Below, one piece after another: positions 11,355 to 22,980 of a DNA stretch of 34,125 bases (its first letter is position 1; every line of letters starts with the position of its first letter). The notes beneath the pieces are model-generated. The model saw nothing but the letters and a program-made list of their open reading frames with translations, had not been told where the DNA came from and searched no databases. The stretch comes from Nemertoderma westbladi (lineage: Eukaryota; Animalia; Xenacoelomorpha): NCBI GenBank assembly GCA_032718475.1, contig JAUCBJ010005353.1:1-34125 (forward strand), written 5' to 3'. The position numbers and the translations under genes were made by a program.

Positions 11355-12959
11355 ATGGCTGTTTCATTTAGCAGCTCGTTTTGGGGCGAGAAGAACATTG
11401 GTTTCAACGTTTTGTACCACTCGATGAAGCACGGCCAGTTTAGCAGCAAAGAACTCGTGGAATTCTTCAAGGATCGGGCGGCCATAGAGGAAGTTTACGC
11501 AAAATCCCTCACCAAGTTGAGTAAACAGTTGAATCTGGAGAGCAAAGACTCGGATTCAAAGGAGAGTAAACGTGAGTCGCGATACGGGAAGGGAAATAAA
11601 TCCGACGATAAATACAAGACAGCGGGAACCGCGGCGCCGTTGTACGATCTACTGAAACACGCGACGGAGAAGAACGCCGAGGTCCATGTATCCCTTAACA
11701 AAAAGCTACTGGAGCTGAGCAAAGAAGTTGCGAAATATTCGGAAGAACAACACGGTAGACACAAACAAGTTAAAACCTCGTTGGGTTCCACAGCCGAAGT
11801 CGTTCAGACCATGCAGACAACGACAAATCTCCTCTACAAAGCAGAGGAAGTTTACTTCGCTAAAGGCTTCGAGCGAGAGAAACTAAAGAAGGAGTCGTCC
11901 TCTGTGAAAGAGCAGGAGAAAGGCGAGTTGAAGTTTAAGAAAGCGAGAGATGATTATAAGACTTACATCGATAAGTATTCGAACGTGCGCGATCGGTTTA
12001 GTAAGAGCGTCTCTTCAGCCGCTGTTGAGTTCCAGTCGATCGAGGAGGATCACCTCAAGCAACTGAAGCAATACCTCGGGAAGTACTCCCGGCTCATACA
12101 GGACTCTCTGGACAATTCCCTGCAGGTCTCGGTCGACCTGGTCGAGCGCAATGAGGACAACAATGTGGACTCGTTGATCGCAAAGTTCTGCGAAGTTTAT
12201 GGGACCGGGAAGACGAAACCGCAGCCCGTCGAGATAATCGATTGCGACTTTCAGGAGGTTGGCCAGCCGGAGAACGTCCCCGGTGGCTCCAAGTTCCTTC
12301 GGAAAAAGAAGAAAGGCGGCAAGAAAGCGACGCCGCGGGAAGAGGTGGTCAACGGGTTGGACCAGGTGTCCCGGACCTCGTCACGGGACAGTTGGGACAC
12401 GACGGGATCGGTGAGCACCCCGGAGCTGGTGCCCATCGACCGGGGGCCCCCGCCGACCGCGGTGGCCGAGGACTCCAGCTCCGAGTCGGACTGGGAGGAC
12501 GAACGGGTCAAGATCGACATTCGGATCAAACCGGCGGCTCCGTCGGAGTCGGCGAACGGACCCGGAGCCGCGTCCGACGACGCCATCCGATCCGCGATGC
12601 GCGGACTCAGTCTGTCGCCCCTCCCGATGGGGAACCTCCGGAACCGCACCGCGTCCACCTTCACCATCGACCACCCGGACGACCTGGTGGGGCCGCCCCC
12701 TCGGCCCCCCGCCCCCTCCTCCCGGGAGGGGGGCGACGACGACACCCCGGTCGTGTCCCCCGTGCAGCGCGTCGGTAACCTCTTGGGGGACTTCCCGGTC
12801 CCGGCTCCTCGCCAACCGGCTGTACGATCTCGCATCGACTCCCTCCCGACCTCGGCTATACCCTCGCCGCTCCCCTTTGACTCGTTGTCCTCGATCCCTT
12901 TGGCCTGCGCTTTTTCTGAGACCGTCTCGGCTGAGTTTATTGGTTCTGACGTCACTGGG
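11355..12959 (+). CDS. FCHO2: FCHO1/2-type muniscin, exon 1 (F-BAR domain, linker, start of mu-homology domain)
   Basis: FWGEKNIGFNVLYHSMKHGQFSSKELVEFFKDRAAIEEVYAKSL matches the FCHO N-terminus; linker motifs SSSESD...IRIKP and LSLSP; IPLACAFSETVSA starts the muHD. Donor GGG|GTAAGT at 12960 (phase 0). The ORF tail to 13103 is intronic read-through. Probably co-orthologous to FCHO1/FCHO2/SGIP1. Confidence 0.92.
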
Positions 12960-13690
12960 GTAAGTACCCAAACACAAGACTTTGATAAAAGTGTTTATAA
13001 ACGCAAACAGATTTGGTTGATTATTTATGTTGAGCAACTCAGAACCAGAAAGCAATATAATATCCTCATAATAATTATATATGTTGCAGTCATTAGGAAA
13101 TAAATTTAATTCCTAGATATTAAATTTAATTCCGCATGTTTTGTTATGTCCTAGGAAATAATGAAATACATTACAATTTAATATACTATACAATACTGTA
13201 TAATATACACGAAGTGGGGCCTTCGCGCAGCACGTGACTTAAATTTAATTTAAGTACTAATTCGAAAGTATTACTGTATTAGCAAATTTTAAGCAGATTC
13301 GCCTAATCACTTTTTACCTCTTTCATTTCTATTCAGACATTTCTGACTCTAGCGGTATAGTGAGAACTGAAGATGGATTAGGGTCTCCAGCCCCACAAAG
13401 ACACAGCCTATGGATGAATAGTACATACGTACATCGGCCAAGTTTCATCTTGAATAACGGATAACGAAATGAGAGACGGATCTCACTTTCAGAAATTTCG
13501 TCGTATAGCGGCAGACCGATTAAATCTCCCCCCCCCCCCCCCCCCCCCCCACAAAGACGCAGCATGTGGTCCAGAATATATGGCAAGATTCAGCTTAAAC
13601 TGATTAAAATCAATGAGACGGGAGAATCTATTCACTTTCAGGCATAAAGTAGTCCTATAGCGGGTGACTGTTGAACTGATTTTCAACAAA

Positions 13691-14385
13691 ACAAATTTTC
13701 AACTTGGCAGCTTTAAATTCGACAAAGTTATAAGCATGTCAATATCATAACGACGACAACGATTTCACTTTCAGACCTTTGGCCCTCTAGCGGCAGACTG
13801 GAGAACTGCAGATGGATTCGCCTCCTTTGAAAGTCACAGCTAATGGTCTAATACATATCTGCCAAGTTTCAGCTTAAACGGATTAAAAGCAAAGAAATGG
13901 GAGGGCATTTAATGTTTAGACATGTGGCCCTCTAGCGGGAGACCATTGCACTGATGGTGTCTGAAAGTCTCTCAAAAATCTCAACTTTTGCTCATATTGA
14001 TACCTACAAATTTTCAACTTGGCAGCTTTAAATCCGACAAAGTTATTAGCATGTCAAAATCGTAACGACGACAACGATTTCACTTTCAGACCTTTGGCCC
14101 TCTAGCGGCAGACTGGAGAACTGCAGATGGATTCGCCTCCTTTGAAAGTCACAGCTAATGGTCTAATACATATCTGCCAAGTTTCAGCTTAAACGGATTA
14201 AAAGCAAAGAAATGGGAGGGCATTTAATGTTTAGACATGTGGCCCTCTAGCGGGAGACCATTGCACTGATGGTGTCTGAAAGTCTCTCAAAAATCTCAAC
14301 TTTTGCTCATATTGATACCTACAAATTTTCAACTTGGCAGCTTTAAATCCGACAAAGTTATTAGCATGTCAAAATCGTAACGACG
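13691..14385. repeat. 315-bp tandem repeat, about 2.2 near-identical copies
   Basis: ACAAATTTTCAACTTGGCAGCTTTAAAT starts at 13691, 14006 and 14321. Confidence 0.92.
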
Positions 14386-14414
14386 ACGACGACGACAACG
14401 ACGACGACGACGAC

Positions 14415-14447
<33 letters not shown>

Positions 14448-14450
14448 AAC
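14380..14450. repeat. (GAC)n microsatellite
   Basis: About 23 imperfect GAC/AAC/GAT triplets. Confidence 0.95.
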
Positions 14451-14938
14451 TATTTGCATAAATTGACCCACCCCCTAACAGTGTCAATTCGCTAAGGCTC
14501 CGCCAACTTCGTGGCTCGCCCCACAGTACTGGTCTGGTATATTATGATTACTCATCTTATTTCCTGCAATATTTCCTAATTTCCTAGCCTTTAAGGTTTT
14601 TAGCTTATTTCCTAGGAATTAATGTTAATCACTAATTTCGCTCAAAACCTGCAACATATACACCGATATCCTAAATACCCTAAACAGAGCTTCGCTGCTC
14701 TGTACTGTATTCTCGTAAATGTATTACTTTTATTTACGCCAAACAGTTAAATAAATGATCAACTTACGCGATGATACAACTTAAATCCGATTAAAACCTC
14801 GAAACTAAATTTCTCCCCAAACAGCGAGAAAAAAATTAATTGATTCTCCATAAAAATAGCGAGAAAAAATTATACCGTGAAAAAATTAGTGTCTGGGCAA
14901 TTCGAATTAACTTCGTCTCTGTAGCGATTTGATACATT

Positions 14939-15132
14939 TTTTCTTGTAGGGCAGATAGAAAGAGCCATTATGTTAATGGCTATTGTTATCACTGGTGCCG
15001 GATACTTACATTATGGGCTGCGGGCTGGTGGTTGGCCCTTCACACAGCAGACAAACTGTTAAGGCCTCCATCTAAGGGTGGGTGATTCTGTTATATAAAC
15101 ATAATGATCTTTCTATCTGCCCTACAAGAAAA
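14939..15132. mobile_element. Small MITE-like inverted repeat in the FCHO intron
   Basis: TTTTCTTGTAGGGCAGATAGAAAGAGCCATTATGTT (14939-14974) versus AACATAATGATCTTTCTATCTGCCCTACAAGAAAA (15098-15132); weaker symmetry extends outward. Confidence 0.75.
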
Positions 15133-15473
15133 TATCGCTGTCGAAATTAATTGTAATTTACAATCACTCTATTTTTAGGGAGAATAAATATTTTCGTAAA
15201 ATAAAGTAGATGTACCCCATACTATACTATATCACGGTGGGTATAATGAATATCTCTTAAAAGTTTCAATCAAAAGTTTCAATACGTTACAGACTGCTCG
15301 ATATAACTGGTCGACACAACTGAGTTCGTTTATTTATTTACGCCCAACTATTATTATTTACTATTCCCGAAGTTTATTAAACTTTATTATATTTTGATAA
15401 CAAATTCCCATTGGAAATTACAGCCACTATATTAGATTTATTATTTACAGTTTTTATAATAAATTGTTTGCAG

Positions 15474-16208
15474 GTTAAATGTATAACAACAGGAACCCTG
15501 GTGATGAGTTTCCCGGTGGGTTTAGTGCAACGATTCAACCAATCAGAGGACGTTCCTCTTCTAACATTCTCCCTCCGCAACGCCGATTTGTTAGACGAAG
15601 CCGCGATAAATAAATCGCTGATGACGTCACAACCTCCGGACGAGGTCGGGGACGGCGTCGTTTACGCCTTCCGGATGTCCGAACTCGGAAAATATCTCCA
15701 ACGTCAACTCACCAATAAACCGTGCAGTAATTATTTCAACATCGAACTGGCGCGGTACCGGTGCAGTTCGGTGGAGCCCCCGTTGCATATAATGACGGAC
15801 TGGCAGTGCGAACCGAGTTACACGGACGTGCGCGTCGACTACGCGTACCACGGGGGCTCGTTGGAGCCGCCGTGTCCGCTCGCCGCGCTCGTCGTCGAGG
15901 TCGCCTGCGAGGGCCTCGCGGTGCAATCCCGCCCGGAGCCGAGCGAGTGCCGCGAGGGGTTGGCGACGTGGCGCCGCGCCGGGCTGGGTCCCGCGGACGA
16001 GCCGGCCTCCGTGTGGGCGCGCTTCCAGCCGGAGCGGGGCCCCGCGGAGCCGCGCGCCGTCGCGGTTCGCTTCCACGCCGAGGGGACCACGGCCACCGGC
16101 CTCGAGCTCGAGGTCCTCTCCCTCGGCTATCGGGTTTCCCTCACTAAGAAGCGATTGAAGGCCGGTACTTACACGTGCAGACAGGCAGACTCAGAGGAGT
16201 TCCTGTAA
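15474..16208 (+). CDS. FCHO2: FCHO1/2-type muniscin, exon 2 (mu-homology domain); spliced product about 779 aa
   Basis: Acceptor tgtttgcAG at 15472-15473. The in-frame phase-0 join gives FIGSDVTG|VKCITTGTLVMSFP. muHD motifs include YFNIELARY, WQCEPSYTDVRVDY, AVRFHAEGTTATG and YRVSLTKKRLKAGTY. Confidence 0.92.
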   Translation, partial: VKCITTGTLVMSFPVGLVQRFNQSEDVPLLTFSLRNADLLDEAAINKSLMTSQPPDEVGDGVVYAFRMSELGKYLQRQLTNKPCSNYFNIELARYRCSSVEPPLHIMTDWQCEPSYTDVRVDYAYHGGSLEPPCPLAALVVEVACEGLAVQSRPEPSECREGLATWRRAGLGPADEPASVWARFQPERGPAEPRAVAVRFHAEGTTATGLELEVLSLGYRVSLTKKRLKAGTYTCRQADSEEFL

Positions 16209-16787
16209 ACCCCCCGGGTCTCCTTCCCAACGTATAGAATCCTTACACGTATAGAGTATTACTACTTTATTTATTTATACATTTTAAACGCCCGGTTGGT
16301 TAAATATTTATTTATACGACTTACTTTTTACTAAAATAATTGAAATTGTTTTTTTTTCATTTAGACGGGAGGCAATCCGGATTTGTAGATAAGCTGTAAC
16401 CGCGGCTGTTTTTATGGTAAACACATTGGTAGTTCAGATATTTGTTAATTGTGTGCGTATAATAATTGTTACGCATGTTTCTGTTTTTAGATTTTGATTT
16501 ACAAGACAATCAATGTGAACCCTGGGTGTTAAAATTAGTTGTTCCTGTAGCAGCACATTCCACAATGTAGTAAGTTGTACTTTACAGTTAACGGCATGGC
16601 GATCTGCTACCTTTATCTGGCATACCGGTGGGGTTAATAAAGATCTTTATATACCTTGTAAAATGTTTCACTTGAGAATATATATTTAAAAAATCTATAA
16701 AAAACATTTCCTTACGTTGAAATGGTGTATCTAGTGGACCGAGACCTTAGGAATTCGTACGGGTTTTGACAAGTTCTACCAATTTAA

Positions 16788-17393
16788 AGGGCTGATGCGT
16801 GTCGTGTACCGAAGGGGGTGAGGCGTGTCGTGTACCGAAGGGGGTGAGGGGTGTCGTGTACCGAAGGGGGTGAGGCGTGTCGTGTACCGAAGGGGGTGAG
16901 GCGTGTCGTGTACCGAAGGGGCTGAGGCGTGTCGTGTACCGAAGGGGCTGAGGCGTGTCGTGTACCGAAGGGGCTGAGGCGTGTCGTGTACCGAAGGGGG
17001 TGAGGCGTGTCGTGTACCGAAGGGGGTGAGGCGTGTCGTGTACCGAAGGGGCTGAGGCGTGTCGTGTACCGAAGGGGCTGAGGCGTGTCGTGTACCGAAG
17101 GGGCTGAGGCGTGTCGTGTACCGAAGGGGGTGAGGCGTGTCGTGTACCGAAGGGGGTGAGGCGTGTCGTGTACCGAGGGGGCTGAGGCGTGTCGTGTACC
17201 GAAGGGGATGAGGCGTGTCGTGTACCGAATGGGGTGAGGCGTGTCGTGTACCGAAGGGGGTGAGGCGTGTCGTGTACCGAAGGGGGGGAGGGGTGTCGTG
17301 TACCGAAGGGGGTGAGGCGTGTCGTGTACCGAAGGGGCTGAGGCGTGTCGTGTACCGAAGGGGATGAGGCGTGTCGTGTACCGAAGGGGATGA
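16788..17393. repeat. GC-rich 26-bp minisatellite, about 23 copies
   Basis: Head-to-tail unit GAGGCGTGTCGTGTACCGAAGGGG(G/C/A)T with no spacers. Confidence 0.97.
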
Positions 17394-19688
17394 AATGCCG
17401 TAGTTTTATTTTTTGGATCGAAATTATCCGCAACTTATTGATTGATATTTTATTTTTATTGGTTGATCTGCACTAAATGTGTAAGGAACTTACTGGGATT
17501 AACCAGTTACTCTTCTTTACTCTACTCGTTTAGCTTTGTAAAGCGTCCCACCGGTATTATATCCTAACTTAATTAAGTTTTTTTGTTTTAAGGGTTAACA
17601 ACCTAATAATAATTAACTATATTAGTACCATTTGCTACCGTTATGGAAAAAACATTTGATGTATCCCCATCACCAACGTTGGATGAAAAATAAAACTAAA
17701 ATTTACTGGGCAATAAAATATATATTCCTAATACAGAGACATATGGAACCGGGATATTTCGTTGGCTTTAATTTTATTCTTAATATATTATTACAATATT
17801 ATTAATAAGTGTGTAAAAGTTAGTGTTTGCATTGTTTCGAAGTGGTTAGTTACTGTAGCTCTTCTAAACGCTTGGGTTCATTGGAGATATATATTGTTTA
17901 CAATTTTTCGGAATTTACCATAATTCAATTCAACTCAATTCAATGTTTTTCAGTTACAAGTTATTTTGCTGTAATTTTGCAAAATTTTACTGCTGAAAGT
18001 AATATCTAAAGGTAGACAAGCACCTTAAAACGCACCAATGTGCGCGAGGTGATTATCAACTTTTGGTAGCCGTAAATCTATTCAAACCGCAATAATTGAC
18101 TTCGGACCAAATGGCTGTTGACACCTTCAAAACCGTAGCCGAAATAAAGATTAGTTCTGGAGATACACAAAGATGCAGCCCTGCTTAACTCAACATAAGG
18201 GTGTAAGAGCAATCAATATTAAGCGTTTCATTATAAAATAATGGCCCAACTTACCTTACATAAGAATATGCTAATTCAAACCGTAATAATCGCAGATAGG
18301 GGGCCATTTTCGAGTTTTGACACAATCAAAATCAATTTTACTCAGGGAAAAATCGACGCAAAAACGTATTACTCCCATAAATATAACTATAACCTGCTCC
18401 TTTCCCTTATTGATAATCTAACACTGAGACGAGAAATAAATTATCCGGGATGAGGGATTTGCCTCGAGTTTCCACCTGGTCTCAATGTCGACATCGACAT
18501 CTTCCAAATAAGAGTAGGTTGATTGGGGATTTTATTTCTTGAAATTTAGCGAAATCTAATCTATTTGTGCAAAACATCTAGAACTATTATCTCAACTGTT
18601 TTGATGGTATCCACACTCACTAAATTGAGTATTGCGGTTCGAATTAACTTAGGATCAGCTGTTTTGGAGTAGCAGATGTTGGTCATCATACAATTTGAGT
18701 TTGTTATGTTCTCTATAAAATTTTTCGTGCGATATTATTTATCTGTGGAAATTAGGTTTGGGGTTGGGGGCAGTCTTTACTATTAATGGACATGCTGTGC
18801 AACGCTCGTTCTTTTTCTTCGCCACGTATATTATTAAATTCTATCGCGTATGTGCTATTAGGATAAATTATTCGTATATAATTTATTAAATTATTATTCA
18901 GTAATCAATGTTCGAATTTGTATAGTATAGATAGATTAATTATAGAATGTTATTAGTATGTTAGTAGAATATTATTATAATTATAATATTAATTAATTGT
19001 TAAATGTAACTGCATTCATTTTAATGACTTCGCATTTTAATGTCATAATATAACACTAATTATAATGTAATTGTAAATTAGTTTCAGTTGCATAATAAAA
19101 TCGTTTTAATATTTAGACTAACAATCCCACTTCAATATGATATTTTAATTTATTTATTTATTAGTCATGCAAGAAATACAAACCTTACCTGTAGGCATGT
19201 AAGAAAAAGCAACACAAAAGCAAGCGACCCACCCCAATTTAATAACTTACTATCACTACATGAATATACTAACATGAAATTGGCTGAAATTTGTACAGCG
19301 AACATGGGGAAAGATGGTTCTTTCAAATTAAATCAAGGTATTTATGAATGGAGTTGTACATCATAGTTAACCACTGGAAAGCAAAAACTCAATGAACCTC
19401 AGTAAAAGAACAAAGTGGCCCAAAATCACCACCATACTGAAAAGTGATCGTGGCCAGATTAGTTGCATGCAATCATTGATCGACTAACGGGAATTAGGTG
19501 ATTGGAAGGTTTCACCACATGAGGGCTTTTTCGAGAAGCTTAGTGTTATTGTGTGTAACAAGATTAGTTCCAAAGGGAGAAGAAACAGGCCCTATTATAC
19601 TACAAGGCAGAGGCTTGCCTAACTAACTACCCATTTGGAAGTAGCACTTTGCACTTGCGACAATCACGTTATCCTTTAAAATATACAG

Positions 19689-19959
19689 TACTACTACTAC
19701 GATCGGCATGCTGCATTGCAGCTGCATTATATATATTAAGAATGCTGTGCCAGCTTGTCGACAAAAATTGCGCCGCCACAACTCCCTATCACCCATGACA
19801 TTTGCTAGATCATCCGCATCTTCAAGGCCAGTGTCCTTTAAGATGCGTCTCAAGAAAGTCATGGGCTGTCCACCATGCTTATTCACTCCATGAGGCTGCC
19901 AAAGTACAAGATTATTCACTGGCTGGTCCTCACGCCCAAAGCAATGTCCTGCAAAGCGG
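19689..19959 (-). mobile_element. 5'-truncated copy (3' end) of the RTE-like LINE found at 25603-26977
   Basis: Aligns by eye with 25602-25880, including the (TAG)n tail and the coding end NLVLWQPHG...MGDRELWR. Confidence 0.85.
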
Positions 19960-20259
19960 TTTAATTCCTAATTAAATAGCTTATGACAAAACCCCCTCCC
20001 ATCTCTGGGCGAAGCCTGTCGATCAGCTGGCTGACTGATCACCTGATTAATGATTTCAAGCAACTACTCAGTTTGAGTTGGTTTAACATAGTACATACAC
20101 GTGCAACAGGTAACGTTTTTACTTCTTGCTTTTTACTTAATAAACACATAAACTAAAAATAATGATTTCTACCTCAAGCCTTTATTCCAAGTTTTATTCT
20201 GATATAACGCTAACTGGAAGAAGGTTGGAAGAGGGTTTCCAATTCGCCTTGTTGTGATT

Positions 20260-20556
20260 GGACAAGTACTGAAGGCCTTGTTGTTCATTGGATAACTTAT
20301 CGGAAAACCTGAAAGACGAAACACCGGAGGTTCCTCTCTCTTGGCTTTTACCTATAAGGTAATGGGAGTCACACTAACTCCCAATGTCGAATATTCTCAC
20401 AATCCAACCCTTTTATTTAATCCCCCTGCATATATGCCAGGTTATCTGGGTGGGCTCAAGCCCGAATTAACAGAGCTTAACGTAAACTGAACTGTTGAGG
20501 AGCTCGAACTCATGACCTTTCAGTTGGGGAACCGTCGCCTTAACCACCCGGCCAAT
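20260..20556 (-). mobile_element. tRNA-derived SINE
   Basis: The minus strand reads TGGCCGGGTGGTTAAGGCG...GAGTTCGAGCTCC (A and B boxes at 20499-20554) without a complete cloverleaf, followed by a GC-richer body. The 3' boundary is approximate. Confidence 0.6.
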
Positions 20557-21911
20557 GTGAACGACTTGACACCTTCTAGGTGAGGGTTTGAGCCACCAGA
20601 CAATTTCCTTTGCCAGCTTTAATTCCTTTCCCTTTTCAGTTTTAATAATGTTTCAGTAAAGTTCAAATTCAATGTATATTTTTACCCACGTTTTGTTTCA
20701 TTAAAGGCGCCGTAAATTCGATTCCCACTTAACTATGGCACAATAAATCATGCACCTACTATATAATACACCTAATATAATCGATTTTGTAAATGGGTAT
20801 GGGATGGCAGCCCATTTACATGGATATGATGGGAGTCACGTCACGTGGGCGTTAGGCACAGGTGGATCAAAGTAGGTCAAGGTGAATCACAGGATCGCTA
20901 GGTGTAGATGAGTCCCAGCCCAGGATCGTTTGATCCAGGTGTCGAGGCCCGAAATTATAAACTCGGGCGCTGAGATAATTAACCAATCAGTGATTTAGAT
21001 TACCGTAATTTTATTTTATTTAATTTCAAGCAGTTAATAATAAACAATTGAGATGTGAATGCATTTATGCATACCCATACATAACTTACAAACCGATACG
21101 CCGTCTTATCACTTACTAACTGCTTGCAATTAAATATAATATAAAATAATGACTAATATTCAAGCTTGTCTTATTAGCCCTACTGATTTACATAGTTAAT
21201 TTCGGTCGACTTACTAACTTAGGACCCGGGAAAATCAACCAATTAATGCCTTTAATTATCTCGGGCCCCTTTTACTTATTAATTAACTCGGGTCCCGATA
21301 TAATCAAACAATCACACTTTGACTAACAACAGGCGAAAACAGACGAAAACAGGATTCGCGGCTAAAATAATAACACCTTAGGTACAACTTATTACTGCCA
21401 AAGTAGGCCTAAATTGTATTACAGTAGTATTGGTAATTAATGGTAAAATCCATCAAATACTCTAAGGTCGAACAATAACTTCGTGCGACAATTTTTGAAA
21501 CGCTTGAAACTAATAAATATTGAAAGCGACAATATTAATTCTGACTCTTCCAGAGAATCGAGAGGTCAAACAATCCTTGTTTCAAATTTCACACAATCTA
21601 ATTACGATTAGTTGAAACTTGGGGGTGGGTGGGGGTGGGGTGGGGATGGTGGTGCTTGTCATACCTGAATTAAGTCATTTAAGACAATTATTTAATATTT
21701 AAATACAACACCTTGGAAACACAAGCCATTGCTGGTATGCATTGATTCATATTCACTTAAACTCATTGAAATATAAACAAATATTTAGTTTCCACAGAAT
21801 TAATTATTCTGGAAAACTTCACTTTTCTTAACGGACAGTAAAACGTATTCGCCACATTTGTGTCAGAATTTACAAAATTATTGGATAAAAAGACGAAAAT
21901 ACACATTTACT

Positions 21912-22396
21912 ATGAATTTTAAAGTAATGGTAAGTATTTATTGTTATTATTCTCAAATGTAGAGCCTATTAAGACTTATTTTAATAGCCAATGCTTAATA
22001 TAATGAATTATAAGCTGCAATAATGCGTATAATTGTTGGTTTTAATCTTTTCGGTTTATGTTGGCTTTGTGAATGTTTAATTCCTTACTATGTCATATTA
22101 AATTTCAAGTAATATTAATTACCTTCTTTGTTTGAATGCATATTATTAATAATTTAATTATTAAACTTATTTTTTAGATGTTCTTGGTGGCCTTCGCCTG
22201 TGTTGTGAAGATGGTTACGAGCGCGACTGAAGGAACTGCTGATACAAAAGCTGGTGCCACCGAAAGTGCAAAAGAGGAAACGAACGGCGGATCTACTGCC
22301 AAATCTGACGACACAGCTAAAGCTGCTGCTGGATCAGTTGGAGTCACCTTGTCCATTCTCACTGTCCCTGCGATAGTCGCCGTGTACTATAACTAG
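21912..22396 (+). CDS. Small secreted, probably GPI-anchored Ser/Thr/Ala-rich peptide, 78 aa; exons 21912-21929 and 22178-22396
   Basis: ATGAATTTTAAAGTAATG|GTAAGT ... ttattttttAG|ATG is a phase-0 intron. The product is MNFKVMMFLVAFACVVKMVTSA-TEGTADTKAGATESAKEETNGGSTAKSDDTAKAAAGS-VGVTLSILTVPAIVAVYYN: signal peptide, polar core and hydrophobic C-terminal tail. Confidence 0.75.
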
Positions 22397-22980
22397 ACAA
22401 CGAAGAAAACTACCAGTTCACAATATGACATTGATTATTCATCGGCAATTCAATCGATTAACTGGAACTAATTTAGGTAGAATTTAGTTTAGGATTCAAC
22501 TGCATACTGAGTATAACTATTTATTTGACTTTGATTAATAACTTTTATATCTGTAACTAACAGACCTATAATTTCTTTATATTTCATTCAATATATAATA
22601 TAATATACTGTATCTCATTGAACTGATCCAATTAATTTTAAGAAACGGTATCTTCCTCAGTTGTTATTATTTAAGAGCTGTTCCCTGATAATCCCCCGTA
22701 ATCCATCGATACTAGTTGGCCTTCGGTCGCCATTTGAAATTTTTCCCACAGATTTATAAATATTTTCGAATTTTCCAGATATCCTTATCCGCGGCTAGTG
22801 ACTTTTAGATTGTATAGCTAGTTATTTAAGATAAAGTCCATAACGCAAAAATAATGGTTCGAAGACCAATCTGGAAATTACAATCTAATTGGAAATCACC
22901 AAAAATTTCAAACAAAAGCTGATCAAAGGCGTAAATATTTCGCCTTTACAGCGAGGTTGGGGAACTTTTACGGGTGGTGC

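Larger units (their letters stand above)
13208..14530. mobile_element. Helentron/HINE-like non-autonomous element with internal tandem repeats and a microsatellite
   Basis: Short inverted motif CACGAAGT (13208) / ACTTCGTG (14506); internal 315-bp repeats; a (GAC)n tract; end motif GCTAAGGCT...ACTTCGTGGCTCGCC shared with 24659-24688. Family assignment is by architecture only. Confidence 0.5.
13078..14660. mobile_element. TIR element in the FCHO intron, with another element nested inside
   Basis: TATATGTTGCAG (13078-13089) and CTGCAACATATA (14649-14660) are inverted. Subterminal TAGGAAAT motifs on the left mirror ATTTCCTA motifs on the right. Confidence 0.55.

Noticed and set aside
12242-13055. 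Long overlapping and antisense ORFs in FCHO exon 1 (also 15627-16147 in exon 2)
   Set aside because: They are shadow frames of very GC-rich coding DNA with no recognisable motifs.
12960-13103. C-terminal tail of ORF 11355..13103, and N-terminus of ORF 15411..16208
   Set aside because: Both are intron read-through; canonical splice sites join the two ORFs in frame.
16747-17433. 228-aa repetitive ORF, or a possible CRISPR array
   Set aside because: It is a head-to-tail 26-bp minisatellite with no unique spacers; the ORF results from a stop-free unit.
18010-21666. Possible 3.6-kb Kolobok-like element bounded by AGGTAGACAAGCACC / GGTGCTTGTCATACCT
   Set aside because: Only a ~15-bp imperfect inverted match, no clean TTAA TSD and no internal transposase; insufficient support.
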